Shown one piece after another: positions 1 to 10,714 of a stretch of DNA of 64,000 bases (positions are counted from its first letter, which is position 1; the number at the start of each line of letters is the position of its first letter). A program made the translations under genes and the position numbers. A model generated the notes under the pieces. That model saw only the letters and a list, made by a program, of their open reading frames with translations. It did not search any database and was not told the origin of the DNA. Where the stretch lies: the NCBI GenBank assembly GCA_963740315.1, contig CAVUDP010000001.1:1088001-1152000 (forward strand), in the 5' to 3' direction. Source of the DNA: an uncultured cyanobacterium (GTDB lineage Bacteria > Cyanobacteriota > Cyanobacteriia > Cyanobacteriales > Nostocaceae).

Positions 1-102
1 ACCGTTAATACTAACGATCGCATCACCTTCCTCAAATCCGATTTCAGCACCAATAGAATCCGGTAATATTTTTGTAATTCGAGCGGGACTAATGTTATTC
101 AT
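1..102 (-). CDS. 5' part of a PDZ-containing radical SAM/Fe-S protein (TIGR03279-like), runs off the window edge
   Basis: Own translation: MNNISPARITKILPDSIGAEIGFEEGDAIVSING, typical N-terminus of this cyanobacterial family. Confidence 0.75.
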   Translation of the reverse strand, partial: MNNISPARITKILPDSIGAEIGFEEGDAIVSING

Positions 103-119
103 AAATTAATAGTACCTAT

Positions 120-198
120 GTAGAGACGTAGCACCGCTACGTCTTTTCCGGGAATGCTACGTCTCCGGGAATGCTACGTCTCCGGGAATGCTACGTCT
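120..198. repeat. GTAGAGACG-type palindromic repeat followed by 3 tandem 17-bp units CCGGGAATGCTACGTCT
   Basis: Units at 148-164, 165-181, 182-198; related elements near 4821, 26787 and 60482. Confidence 0.85.
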
Positions 199-298
199 TT
201 TCCAGAAATCACTTGTCAACACTTATAAATATAGTCCGATAATATAACGTATTTTTTATCTATATAAGCACTAACATCTAAATATCCGCTTCCCAACT

Positions 299-1261
299 CT
301 AACTATTTTCCAAAACCCCCGTAGCAATACCACCTAATATTAAAAGTCCAAATATTAATCGGTACCAAACAAACACCCAGGTAGTTTGAGTTTTGAGGAA
401 GCGCAACAAAGCAGCGATCGCTAAATAAGAAAATATCGCCGATGAAATTATTCCTGCTACCAAGGAAGCGATTTGACTGCCATCAACCCCTGCGGAAAAG
501 AAATCCTGTAATTGTACTAATCCGGCTATAGAAATAGCGGGAATACCTAATAAAAACGAAAACCGGGCTGCGGTTTCTCGTTCTAAATTTAAAAATAAAC
601 CTGCTGTTAAAGTCGATCCCGAACGAGATACGCCGGGAATCACCGCCAAAGCTTGAGCAACACCCATTAACAGCCCATCCATCATAGTCAGATGTTCAAA
701 ATCGCGCTGACGCTTGCTGAATTTTTCCGCCAATCCCAGCAAAATTGACATCAAAATAGAAGCAATTGCGATCGCGCTCATACTCCGTAGCGGTGAGTTA
801 TCAAAGTCGGGAATAAAGATTTTGATCGCAAGTCCGCATAATAATATAGGTAGCGTGCCAAAAAAGATACCAACACACAAGCGCAAATCAAAATCCATAT
901 AGTCCGAAAGAGCGATCGCCCTGGTAGCGCCTTTAAAAATTCTGGATAAATCTTTCCAAAAATACCACAGCACAGCGGCAATACTTCCCAATTGAATCAC
1001 GGCGCTAAAAGCAACTCCTGGATCTCCCCAACCAAGCGCTACAGGAACAGCTTTTAAATGAGCCGTGCTGCTAATTGGTAAAAACTCAGTTGCACCTTGA
1101 ACAAAACCCAAAAAAATCGCTTGCCATACCTTCATTTGCTGCACCCCATCAGCGGCGGTAGAAGGCTGGTTTGCAAAAGCTTTTAATGGATGTAACGCAA
1201 TGCCAAATATGGCGGCAGTTAAAGTTAAAAAGCAGAATAATTGACGTTTGAAAAAAGTCAT
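299..1261 (-). CDS. uppP: Undecaprenyl-diphosphate phosphatase (BacA/UppP), paralog 1
   Basis: QGATEFLPISSTAHL and PGVSRSGST motifs; start set at ATG 1261 (MTFFKRQ) by comparison with paralog 2. Confidence 0.92.
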   Translation of the reverse strand: MTFFKRQLFCFLTLTAAIFGIALHPLKAFANQPSTAADGVQQMKVWQAIFLGFVQGATEFLPISSTAHLKAVPVALGWGDPGVAFSAVIQLGSIAAVLWYFWKDLSRIFKGATRAIALSDYMDFDLRLCVGIFFGTLPILLCGLAIKIFIPDFDNSPLRSMSAIAIASILMSILLGLAEKFSKRQRDFEHLTMMDGLLMGVAQALAVIPGVSRSGSTLTAGLFLNLERETAARFSFLLGIPAISIAGLVQLQDFFSAGVDGSQIASLVAGIISSAIFSYLAIAALLRFLKTQTTWVFVWYRLIFGLLILGGIATGVLENS

Positions 1262-1557
1262 TAGCTTTGTCGCTGTTGCAATTGTAACCATTGACGTTGA
1301 AACAACAGCAAACCTTCCAGTTTGACAAAGCTTTTTGTCATGATTCATCACCATCCGCCAGTTATTTGTCAAGATTTAGATTTTGGGTTGATTAGCAATG
1401 AGTTAAGAGTGAGCCTCTATTTACTCTTCCTAATCTCTTCACTTTTTATACTTCATACCTAATGTCTATATCTTGCACAAAAAACCATCAGACTCAAGAC
1501 TACGACTATACAAACAGTTACCAGTTACCAATTACCAGCTTAAGTATAGATAGCAGA

Positions 1558-1681
1558 TAAGTAGGTTGGCGTAATTAAATGTAAGATGTCATTGCGAGGA
1601 ACGAAGCAATCACAATAACTGGGATTGCTTCGTTCCTCGCAATGACAGAGCATATTATATTTATTTGTACCCACCTACTTA
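1558..1681. mobile_element. MITE-like element with an internal 25-bp perfect inverted repeat
   Basis: Termini TAAGTAGGT.GG / CC.ACCTACTTA; inner IR at 1587-1611 and 1623-1647. Confidence 0.65.
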
Positions 1682-1736
1682 GCAGTTATCAGCTTAAGTA
1701 TAAATAGCAGATACCAGTTCTCAGCTTGAATACAGA

Positions 1737-1760
1737 TAGCGAGCAAGATGCTCGCACTAC
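1737..1760 (-). repeat. Single GTAGTGCGAGCATCTTGCTCGCTA REP-like copy
   Basis: Exact reverse complement of the unit arrayed at 56867-57142. Confidence 0.85.
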
Positions 1761-1901
1761 CTACCATCCCTTCATATAAATTATTTGGAAGTCCCTTAGC
1801 CCACCTTACGGTGGGCTTTGTTTGAGTAGTTCCCCACTCATAAGCACGTGAGGGCGATTTGCCGTAGCCTCATACAGAATTGGTACAACTCCTAACTCTT
1901 C

Positions 1902-2879
1902 TTAAGCATTCTCAAGTATCCCAAATGACAAGCCAGCTAAGATAGCGATACCGAATATCAAGCGATACCAAACGAATACCCAAGTGCTTCTAGTTTTAAG
2001 AAATTTTACTAACCAAGCGATCGCTAAATAAGAAAATATTGCGGATGATATTATACCTGCTATGAGGGTAAGCATTTCAGAATTAGCTATTCTTCCTTCT
2101 GATAAATCTTTTAATAAACCTACAAGTTCTACTAATCCAGATAAACCAATCGCGGGAATCCCTAATAAGAAGGAAAATCTTGCTGCTGTTTCCCTTTCTA
2201 AACCCATGAATAATCCTGCTGTCAAAGTTGAACCCGAACGAGAAGCCCCAGGTACTAAGGCTAAAGCTTGAGCGCAACCCATTAATATCCCATCGCCCAT
2301 TGTTAATTTGTCAAAATTGCGCTGTCTGGTGCCTTTCATTTCTGCTAATCCCAATAACAGCCCCATCACAATTGACACAACTGCTATTACCCCCATACCT
2401 CGCACAACATTTTCGTAAAACTCTTCAAAAACAATCTTGACTAAAAGTCCTAAAAATACTATAGGCAATGTTCCGATCGCAATGCCCAAAGCAATGCGGA
2501 AATCGGTATCTTGATAATTTTTACGTGCAATGGCAATCCAGGCACCTGTAAGAACTCTTGTCAAATCTCCCCAAAAGTACCAAAGTACAGCCGCAATACT
2601 CCCAAGCTGAATCGCTGCACTAAAAGCAGAACCTGGATCTCCCCAACCTAAAGCCACTGGTACGGCTTTTAAATGCGCCGTACTACTGATTGGTAGAAAT
2701 TCTGTTGCACCTTGCACGAAGCCTAAAAAAATGCCTTGCCATACATTCATTTGCGAAGCCCCATCAACAACAGGAGTACTCGCTTCTTGACTCAAAACTT
2801 TTAAGGGAAATGTCGCTACCGATAAAACGCCACTTCCTACCATCAATAAGGGAAACAGCAAACGTTTGGATACAGCCAT
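1902..2879 (-). CDS. uppP: Undecaprenyl-diphosphate phosphatase (BacA/UppP), paralog 2
   Basis: Same catalytic motifs (EFLPISSTAH, PGASRSGST). Confidence 0.92.
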   Translation of the reverse strand: MAVSKRLLFPLLMVGSGVLSVATFPLKVLSQEASTPVVDGASQMNVWQGIFLGFVQGATEFLPISSTAHLKAVPVALGWGDPGSAFSAAIQLGSIAAVLWYFWGDLTRVLTGAWIAIARKNYQDTDFRIALGIAIGTLPIVFLGLLVKIVFEEFYENVVRGMGVIAVVSIVMGLLLGLAEMKGTRQRNFDKLTMGDGILMGCAQALALVPGASRSGSTLTAGLFMGLERETAARFSFLLGIPAIGLSGLVELVGLLKDLSEGRIANSEMLTLIAGIISSAIFSYLAIAWLVKFLKTRSTWVFVWYRLIFGIAILAGLSFGILENA

Positions 2880-3196
2880 GAATACACCTATCTACCTGTA
2901 GTTGTTGCCAGCCATTACACTTTCAACCGATTTTGTACCATTTACAGGAAAAAAATACCGCAGTTGAAATATTTTCTTGTTTGTTTAGAACTGTGAAGCT
3001 CAATTCTCGCTACAGCATACCTGTAAATTCTGCTTTATTCTTTGTAATTTTTTTAAAGATTTCATATTTGGCTACAATTGGGTTACTATCAGTTATGCCC
3101 CCCAGGGGGATATGATATACACCATAGGGGGTTGATTTTAGTCCTTAAGAAAAGTTAAGCTATGTAAAGAATATTAAAATTTTCATTCATAATACG

Positions 3197-4015
3197 TTGT
3201 ACTCATATACAGTTTTTAACCCCGTGACTCAAACAGTTGAATCTCTCAAATCCTTGGAAATAAACGTAATAGCTCAGCAAAAAGCGATCGGTACGGTAAT
3301 ACCTCGAAGCAGATACAAAGATGAGAAATTGACATCTTTTTCGACTTCAAACTTAATACCTATCTCTTTTGAAGTATCAACTCGACAAGCTTTATTAGTA
3401 TTTGGCGCAGCGGTATTTCTGGTGTCGGTGCCGGTGTTCGTAGAAGCGCCACTGGTAAGATTACTGCCGTGGTTGAGCGTGGCGTTAACGGCTCTGTGGG
3501 TATGGCTAAGTAAAATACTAATGTCGCGGAGTATAACCTATATTTGGGGCGATTTACTTTTGGGTTTCAGTTGGAGTTGGTTGGCAGGCTCTATATATTG
3601 GGGTTGGTTGCGTTGGGAACCGTTATGGCATTTACCAGTAGAATCAATCGGTTTGCCTTTTGCAATCTGGTGCTTATATCGTAACTGGGGCAAAATTGGT
3701 AACTGGTTTTATTTTGGCTCTCTGCTTGGTACCGTATTGACCGATATATATTTTTATATAGTGGATTTAATCCCTTATTGGCGGCAAATAACGGTTGTAG
3801 AACCATCCGAGGCTTCATCAATATTGCGGGCAGCACTTGCACAAGTAAAAACACCATATGGAGAAGCTTGGGCAATTGTTTTAGCTGTAGTCTTATTGAG
3901 CGTGGGGATTATACCTTTAAAATATAAGCAACTGCACTGGTATGCTTTTAGTGGAGCAGTTTTAAGCACAATTTTAGTAGACAGCTTATTTTTAATCGCC
4001 GCCGTTATCGCTTGA
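3197..4015 (+). CDS. DUF3120-family membrane protein (start uncertain)
   Basis: FLVSVPVF.EAPLVR and WLRWEPLWHLPVESIGLP; usual position upstream of psbU. Confidence 0.8.
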   Translation: MYSYTVFNPVTQTVESLKSLEINVIAQQKAIGTVIPRSRYKDEKLTSFSTSNLIPISFEVSTRQALLVFGAAVFLVSVPVFVEAPLVRLLPWLSVALTALWVWLSKILMSRSITYIWGDLLLGFSWSWLAGSIYWGWLRWEPLWHLPVESIGLPFAIWCLYRNWGKIGNWFYFGSLLGTVLTDIYFYIVDLIPYWRQITVVEPSEASSILRAALAQVKTPYGEAWAIVLAVVLLSVGIIPLKYKQLHWYAFSGAVLSTILVDSLFLIAAVIA

Positions 4016-4283
4016 GTCTCGGCAACCGGCTTTCTTAATGTCCGTAAAGATTTGAGAAGGTTAAGGATTAATTGTTTTTAATAATTTTTTGTAAAAATTT
4101 TGCTCGAAGCTCTAAAGAGTAAATATTAGGGATATTAATAAGCTGTATATTAGATTTTGATAACTGCTGTGTTTTATTAAGCTATTTGCTACGAGCATTT
4201 GTCATTTACTCGTAATTAATGGCATTTGAGTAGGATTTAGCTTAAAGCTTTTGTGTAAGTTTGATGGAAAGAGGTAGAAAATC

Positions 4284-4724
4284 GTGAAACGATTGGCGCA
4301 TTTAGTAACAGTATTTAGTTTGTTAATTGGATTTTGGGGATGGTTAGGCACCTCAAACGTAGCTCAAGCAGCCCACTTTGATGCATTTGCCGTTAATAAT
4401 ACCCCTATTTTCGCAATTGATTCATCGCGAGTGCGGCGGAATCGAGCGGATGACAGACTAGCAGACGTTTATGGTGACAAAATTGACTTAAATAATACGA
4501 ATATAGGAGCTTTTCAAAGATATCGAGGACTATATCCTACACTTGCCAGGAAAATAGTCTTTAATGCTCCTTACGAAAACGTAGAAGAAGTCCTGAATAT
4601 CGAAGGTTTGAGCGAAAGACAAAAACAACGTCTGCAAGCCAACTTAGATAACTTCACTGTTTCCAAAACTGAAGCTATATTTAACGAAGGGGCTGAGCGC
4701 ATCAACAACGGCATTTACAGATAA
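4284..4724 (+). CDS. psbU: Photosystem II 12 kDa extrinsic protein PsbU
   Basis: Signal peptide; [30 protein letters not shown] upstream of the GTG. Confidence 0.96.
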   Translation: MKRLAHLVTVFSLLIGFWGWLGTSNVAQAAHFDAFAVNNTPIFAIDSSRVRRNRADDRLADVYGDKIDLNNTNIGAFQRYRGLYPTLARKIVFNAPYENVEEVLNIEGLSERQKQRLQANLDNFTVSKTEAIFNEGAERINNGIYR

Positions 4725-4967
4725 ATAATGCATAAGCCGTTAATTATCGCAACATCAACTAAGTGCTTGTTTGCAATAATTGTTTCTGTTAGCTCTTGTT
4801 GTTTGTAATTCACAGATAAATGTAGAGGCGTTGCATTGCAACGTCTCTTCAAAGTATATTTTTTAGTGAAAACCTGTCTTTTATGGCATTGTCCGCTTAA
4901 TCTAAAACTTAAAATCTAAAATCTAAAATTTAAAATCTCATAGTTCCCTATTACCCGATCTACAACC

Positions 4968-6641
4968 TTGTCCGAAATTAATCTTCAAAACCGATTTGAT
5001 GTTTTAATTGTGGGTGCTGGTGCAGCTGGACTGTATACCGCCCTCTGTCTGCCTGAAGATTTGCAAGTTGGCTTAATTACCAAAGAAACTATTTCTTTGT
5101 CTGCTAGTGAATGGGCACAAGGAGGAATTGCAGCGGCAGTTTCTTCAGAAGATTCTCCTCAATTACACGTTGAAGATACTATACTCGCGGGTGCTGGTTT
5201 ATGCGATCGCTCTGTAGTCGAATTCCTTGCTCGTCAAGCTCCTGAATGCATTCAATCTTTAGTAGATTTGGGTGTCGCTTTCGATCGCAGCGGTAAGGAA
5301 TTAGCGTTAACTTTAGAAGCAGCTCATTCTCGTCATCGAGTTCTTCATGCAGCCGATACTACGGGTTCGCAAGTGATTACCACTCTTAGCGCCCAAGTAT
5401 TGCAACGCCAAAATATCAAAATTATTCAACAAGCTTTAGCATTAAGTTTATGGTTGCATCCCGATCGACGCACTCAAGGAATTAGCTTATTTTATCAAGG
5501 TAAAGTTAGATGGATTCAGGCTGGTGCGGTGATACTAGCAACGGGTGGCGGCGGACAAGTTTTTGCTCAAACCACAAATCCAGCTATCAGTACTGGAGAT
5601 GGTGTAGCTATAGCTTGGCGTGCGGGAGCAATTCTTAGAGATTTAGAATTCATGCAGTTTCACCCTACTGCATTAACTAAACCAGGTGGCGATCGCTTTT
5701 TAATTAGCGAAGCAGTGCGCGGAGAAGGAGCGCATTTAATTGATAACCAAGGGCGGCGCTTTGCATTCGACTATCATCCATCCGGAGAACTTGCACCCAG
5801 AGATATAGTCAGTCGGGCTATTTTTACCCACCTGCAACAAACAGAGAACGATCCCTCTACGGCAAACGTTTGGTTGGATATGCGCCCTATTCCCCCCGAA
5901 AAAATTCGTCATCGCTTTCCCAACATCGTCAGAGTTTGCCAGCGCTGGGGAATTGATGTATTTTCTCAACCCGTTCCCGTCGCACCCGCAGCTCACTACT
6001 GGATGGGTGGAATTCAAACAGATTTATTGAATCGAACTAATATTCCGGGTTTATACGCAGTTGGAGAAGCAGCCAGCACGGGAGTTCATGGAGCAAATCG
6101 TTTGGCAAGTAATTCTTTGCTAGAATGTATAGTCTTCGGCGCTCAAATGTCACGTCTAAAGTTAGAAGACACTACATTTTCGGAGACTCAACATATTTCT
6201 GAAGAAATATTTAAGAATTATTCGGAAGATACAGAGCAAGAATATAATTATTTAAAAGAATTACGAAGTGAAATACCGCGTCTGGTTTGGCAAGCCGCTG
6301 GAATTTGTCGAGAACGATCGAGTTTAGATAATGCCATTTCTAATATCGAATCCCGGCGAGAAGAATTTGCCGAACTTAAATTGAGTAAATTCTTATTTTC
6401 TTTAGATCCGCCAAAGTCAGTTAGCTTTGAATCAAGCGATGCTCAACAACAATTGCGGCTATGGACGCAAGTCCGCAACTTGCTCGATATTGCTTATTTA
6501 ATTTTGAAAAGTGCTGCTTATAGAGTTGAGAGTCGAGGTGGACATTATCGTTTGGATTTCCCCGATTCAAACCCTGATTGGCGAGTTCATACGTTAGTAC
6601 AAAATTATGATTGGAGTCAAGAAGCCGTTCGTAATGACTGA
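4968..6641 (+). CDS. nadB: L-aspartate oxidase
   Basis: GAGAAG FAD motif, AQGGIAA, EAAHS, QFHPT, HGANRLASNSLLE, ESRGGH. Confidence 0.96.
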   Translation: MSEINLQNRFDVLIVGAGAAGLYTALCLPEDLQVGLITKETISLSASEWAQGGIAAAVSSEDSPQLHVEDTILAGAGLCDRSVVEFLARQAPECIQSLVDLGVAFDRSGKELALTLEAAHSRHRVLHAADTTGSQVITTLSAQVLQRQNIKIIQQALALSLWLHPDRRTQGISLFYQGKVRWIQAGAVILATGGGGQVFAQTTNPAISTGDGVAIAWRAGAILRDLEFMQFHPTALTKPGGDRFLISEAVRGEGAHLIDNQGRRFAFDYHPSGELAPRDIVSRAIFTHLQQTENDPSTANVWLDMRPIPPEKIRHRFPNIVRVCQRWGIDVFSQPVPVAPAAHYWMGGIQTDLLNRTNIPGLYAVGEAASTGVHGANRLASNSLLECIVFGAQMSRLKLEDTTFSETQHISEEIFKNYSEDTEQEYNYLKELRSEIPRLVWQAAGICRERSSLDNAISNIESRREEFAELKLSKFLFSLDPPKSVSFESSDAQQQLRLWTQVRNLLDIAYLILKSAAYRVESRGGHYRLDFPDSNPDWRVHTLVQNYDWSQEAVRND

Positions 6642-6737
6642 AAGCACGGCTAGTTAAAAGCGATATCCTAGTTACACGATTCGATGCGATCGATAAAAAT
6701 TGAGTAGTCACCTAAGCATAATTTTGGCACAATTATA

Positions 6738-6980
6738 TCAACGCGTACCGCTACCATAAGCGCTTGAAGGACGACCAAAATCAGTTGGTTCATATGCATT
6801 TGATAAATCTTGACTATTCTGTGTAGTCGGAATGGCGTAACTAGGAACCATATGATTCAAATTTCCAGATGCATCAGCCATTTTGGGGATTAGGAAAGAA
6901 GCTCCAATAAAAACGACTATAATGCTGCCAATTCTCAAACTGTTTTTTATAAAACTAGGTTTATTACTGTGAATATTCAT
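6738..6980 (-). CDS. Small secreted peptide (80 aa) ending YEPTDFGRPSSAYGSGTR
   Basis: Basic N-region, hydrophobic core and ADA cleavage-like site; GC-richer C-terminal motif within AT-rich DNA. Confidence 0.65.
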   Translation of the reverse strand: MNIHSNKPSFIKNSLRIGSIIVVFIGASFLIPKMADASGNLNHMVPSYAIPTTQNSQDLSNAYEPTDFGRPSSAYGSGTR

Positions 6981-7609
6981 ATAGGGATTTTACTTCCGTG
7001 TATTTACTATGTTTATTAAATTAAGGTTCGCTTAACCCATAATTAAGTTATCTGTAAAGAGGGAAATTACGTAGAAATTGATTTCATTCACAAAAACTAC
7101 ATCTTCAGAGTGAAGACAGCTTCATAATTAAGGATTCACTACATAAGTAATAATTCCAATACATATCGAACTGCATCTATCTTTAGTTAGACGTAAGGCA
7201 TAAATTAATTAGAAGAATATCTACTCATCAACTTTCTTCAAATTATCTTAGTATTTTTACGGCTAATTACGGTGTTATCGAAACCACAAATTGAGATAAA
7301 TACTGTTTACAACCTTATTTACTCTATTATCAATAAACCTTCATCAGAGAAAATAACTAAATTTGCAGTTGTAATGTTGCCAAGATGGCAGCTTTTTACA
7401 AAACTTCACATTTTTTAGAGTTCGTAGCACTATTTAGATCGCAATCTAAGAGACTAAACCTAAAGAAGATTAAATTGATTTTAAGATGTATCTTAAGATA
7501 GTTACATTTATTCAAAGTTACAGATTGAGTTGCAGAACAAAAGAATCATTGCCAGAAGTAATGTGATTTATATTGCCTACACTCATCTGCTAATCGATCG
7601 AGTAATAAT

Positions 7610-9829
7610 TTAGTCGGCAAATTCGTAACAATTTTTTCCGAGGTGTTTTGCCCGATACATTGCGGCATCAGCTTGTCTAATTAATGATTCTGGATTGTTT
7701 GCGGAATGTGGATAAATGGCGATGCCGATGCTGGCGGAAATTCTGGCGCTATGGCTTTCTAGAACAATTGGTTCTGTAATGCTTTTAAGAATTTTGTCAG
7801 CGATTTTAGCAGCTACTTGTGGATCGGGGATTTTGCGTAAAATGATCGTAAATTCATCTCCACCCAAGCGAGAAACAGTATCGCTACCGCGCAAGCAGTT
7901 GTTAAGTCGTTGTGCGACTGTTACTAATAAAATGTCGCCCATGTCATGTCCCAAAGAATCATTTACTTGCTTAAAACCATCTAAATCGACAAATAGTAAT
8001 GCTAGCAAGTAATTACTGTTTTTCGTCCAATACAAAGACTTATCAAGTTCTTCCACAAAAGCTTTACGATTTGGTAATCCCGTAAGGGCATCATGATAAG
8101 CCATATAACGCAAATGGTCTTCTTTAAGTTTCATTTCGTCATTAGAGCGAGATAATTCATCAGCAGTACGTTTAAGTTCTTCTTCTATATATTTACGTTC
8201 GGTAATATCGCGAATTATTCCAACTAAAAACAAGTTTCCCGCTGCATCTTTATGTAGAGAACGTTTAGTAGCAATTAGATGAACCTTGCCATTCACATCC
8301 GTAAGTTGTTCTTCGTTTTCTAATAATTTTTGACTTTTAAAAACATACTCATCCTTTTTTCTAAAAGCATCCGCTTCATGCATGGGAAAAAAATCATAGT
8401 CAAATTTATCAAGCAACTCATCTTTAGAACAACCAATTAACCGACAATAGGCATCGTTTAAAACAATCCATTGATGCTTTTCATTTTTGACAAAAATCGG
8501 ATCGGCGACAGTATTAATTACTTGCTGCAAAAAGTCTTTAGAACGTTTAAATTCTTCTTGCATATGAGCTATTTGACCAGTAATAAAAATAACCGAACCA
8601 GCATAAGTTATTAACGTCGGAATTAAAGGTATCCACCAGCCTTCTAAAAATAAAAAATAGGCACTGCCTTTTAATATAAAACTAAATAGTAATACTAATA
8701 ATAAATTCGTAATTGAATTTCTAACTCGCCACCTAATTATTGCCCCTACATAAGCCCAAATCCCAATCCATAAGTATTCTACAGGTTCACACCAAACTCT
8801 TAGTAATTGCTTTCCTTCGAGAGTCGCAGAAATGATTTCATGAATAAAATAAGCTTGCAATTCGACACCAGCTATAGACTGTAATTCTTTACCCATAAAA
8901 CTGCTAGAGTATGGAATTAGCTTTAAATCTTGTAAGCTAGGTGCAGTAGAACCAATTAACACAATTTGGTCTTTAATCCAATTTTCGGGTACTTCTCCAT
9001 TTAATACTTTTGTCAACGATATTTTGCGAAAACCATAAGATTTACCATCGCAGCCTTCTTTACAGGCTAATTTCGGAAAATTGGATAAAAATTGATAGCC
9101 ACCATTATCAGCATTTACGTAGCCGCCGTCATTTCGTTGAAATCGAAGAAATGTAGCCTTGCCTAATTGTAAATATTTAGGATTTATTTTTGCTTTTTGA
9201 GGTGTAATTCCTTCCGATTTCAAATACAGTCGCGCTAATTTTAAGGCGAAGCTTTCGTATCCTTTATTATCAAGATGAGCAGATAATAAGCCACGACGTA
9301 CTTTACCATCGGCATCAACTATGACGTTATTAACGCCTACCTGACCTTTTTGACTTAATATAGGTGGTGGAAGAACGCGATTATTATTTTTCTTATCTGG
9401 GAGCAATTCAATGCCAATTAAATTAGGTATTGATTTAAATACTTCTTCAAGTTTTTTACTACCAGGTGGTACTTCTAAATCTCTATAAATGTCTAAACCG
9501 ATCGCACGAGGTTGATAATGTTGGATTTTTTGCAATAATTCAGCAACTTTGCGATCGGAAATTGGCCAAGATCCTATTTCGCGCAAAGAAGCTTCATCTA
9601 TAGCCACTATCGTAATACGTTCTTGGGAGACTTCGATTGGACGCAATTGCAAAAACTGGTCTAAAGCCGTCCATTCCAAAGATTGCAATAACCCCAAGTA
9701 GCGTAATACTAGTACACAAGCTACTACGCAAGAAGCGGTTATTAATTCTCTGTGTCTTTTGAAAAGTTTTTGTTGCAGTGCAAAAATAGATTTCTGTAAA
9801 TCTTTGCCTATATTTTTTCTTATTCCCAT
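7610..9829 (-). CDS. CHASE2-PAS-GGDEF diguanylate cyclase
   Basis: CHASE2 (IVAIDE, WP, AIGLDIYRD, GVELQA), 3 TM helices, PAS, HDALTGLPNR, RLGGDEF. Confidence 0.93.
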   Translation of the reverse strand: MGIRKNIGKDLQKSIFALQQKLFKRHRELITASCVVACVLVLRYLGLLQSLEWTALDQFLQLRPIEVSQERITIVAIDEASLREIGSWPISDRKVAELLQKIQHYQPRAIGLDIYRDLEVPPGSKKLEEVFKSIPNLIGIELLPDKKNNNRVLPPPILSQKGQVGVNNVIVDADGKVRRGLLSAHLDNKGYESFALKLARLYLKSEGITPQKAKINPKYLQLGKATFLRFQRNDGGYVNADNGGYQFLSNFPKLACKEGCDGKSYGFRKISLTKVLNGEVPENWIKDQIVLIGSTAPSLQDLKLIPYSSSFMGKELQSIAGVELQAYFIHEIISATLEGKQLLRVWCEPVEYLWIGIWAYVGAIIRWRVRNSITNLLLVLLFSFILKGSAYFLFLEGWWIPLIPTLITYAGSVIFITGQIAHMQEEFKRSKDFLQQVINTVADPIFVKNEKHQWIVLNDAYCRLIGCSKDELLDKFDYDFFPMHEADAFRKKDEYVFKSQKLLENEEQLTDVNGKVHLIATKRSLHKDAAGNLFLVGIIRDITERKYIEEELKRTADELSRSNDEMKLKEDHLRYMAYHDALTGLPNRKAFVEELDKSLYWTKNSNYLLALLFVDLDGFKQVNDSLGHDMGDILLVTVAQRLNNCLRGSDTVSRLGGDEFTIILRKIPDPQVAAKIADKILKSITEPIVLESHSARISASIGIAIYPHSANNPESLIRQADAAMYRAKHLGKNCYEFAD

Positions 9830-10714
9830 TACCTGATTGGGATAAAAATTGTCAAGTTTATAATAAGGCTAAATAATCGTTAATACGCTCAAAATATTAA
9901 CTTTATGCAGCTAGAGATTTTAGTAAATTGCACCGAACATCTCGATAAAATCTATCTCATTAAATGTACGGGTGGAGATTAAATATTTCCAGTTGTTTAC
10001 TAAATTTCTAAGAGGTGTTTTAGTTTAGTATGGTTCCCTAATCAAATTTACATAGCTTACTCAAGAGTGAAAATAACTAAATTTATGAATCAATAGAAAT
10101 TGTCAAAACTCGCTGCAAGTACACATTAGTGTAAGTACTGATGGTACATAATAAAAGGGTACTTACAGAAACATACTATCGGCAAGTCCTAAATCGTAAA
10201 TTATTGATGTTTATATGTAAATTCTAAGTCACCTATATTTGGAATCTATAGCCTATTCACTGATATAAACTTGTAAAAATAATTATTCGAGCTTAAAGTA
10301 TAAACTATTTACAAATATTGTTTTATAGCTTCTCCTTTATAGCTTTTAAACAAATTTATAGAATTTATCTTTTACGTAATTTAACCTACATATAATTGTA
10401 TATTATTAAAAATTTTATACAAATGGATAAAAAGATATGTGTAAAAAAGAAATTTAGTTAATTCGTTATATTGCAACATTATTGTTTGATACATTTGCCA
10501 CCTTGCCATTTCTATAAGTATTCATGTATTTAGGAAAGGAAACAAAGAATATACTGATTTTTTCAGTACAAAGCTTACCCTAGTCGTTCGCATAGTGTAT
10601 TTGTAGGCTATACAATATGCTGCGGAGCAATCATATAATTGTTGGGCAAATAAAAAGCCAACTGAAGCAGATACTCCAGCTGACTTTTTAAGTTCAATTT
10701 TTGTAAGTTTTAGA

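Noticed and set aside
6738..6980. patX/patS heterocyst-pattern peptide
   Set aside because: It lacks the RGSGR pentapeptide (ends YGSGTR), and I saw no TCCGGA DIF1 motif upstream
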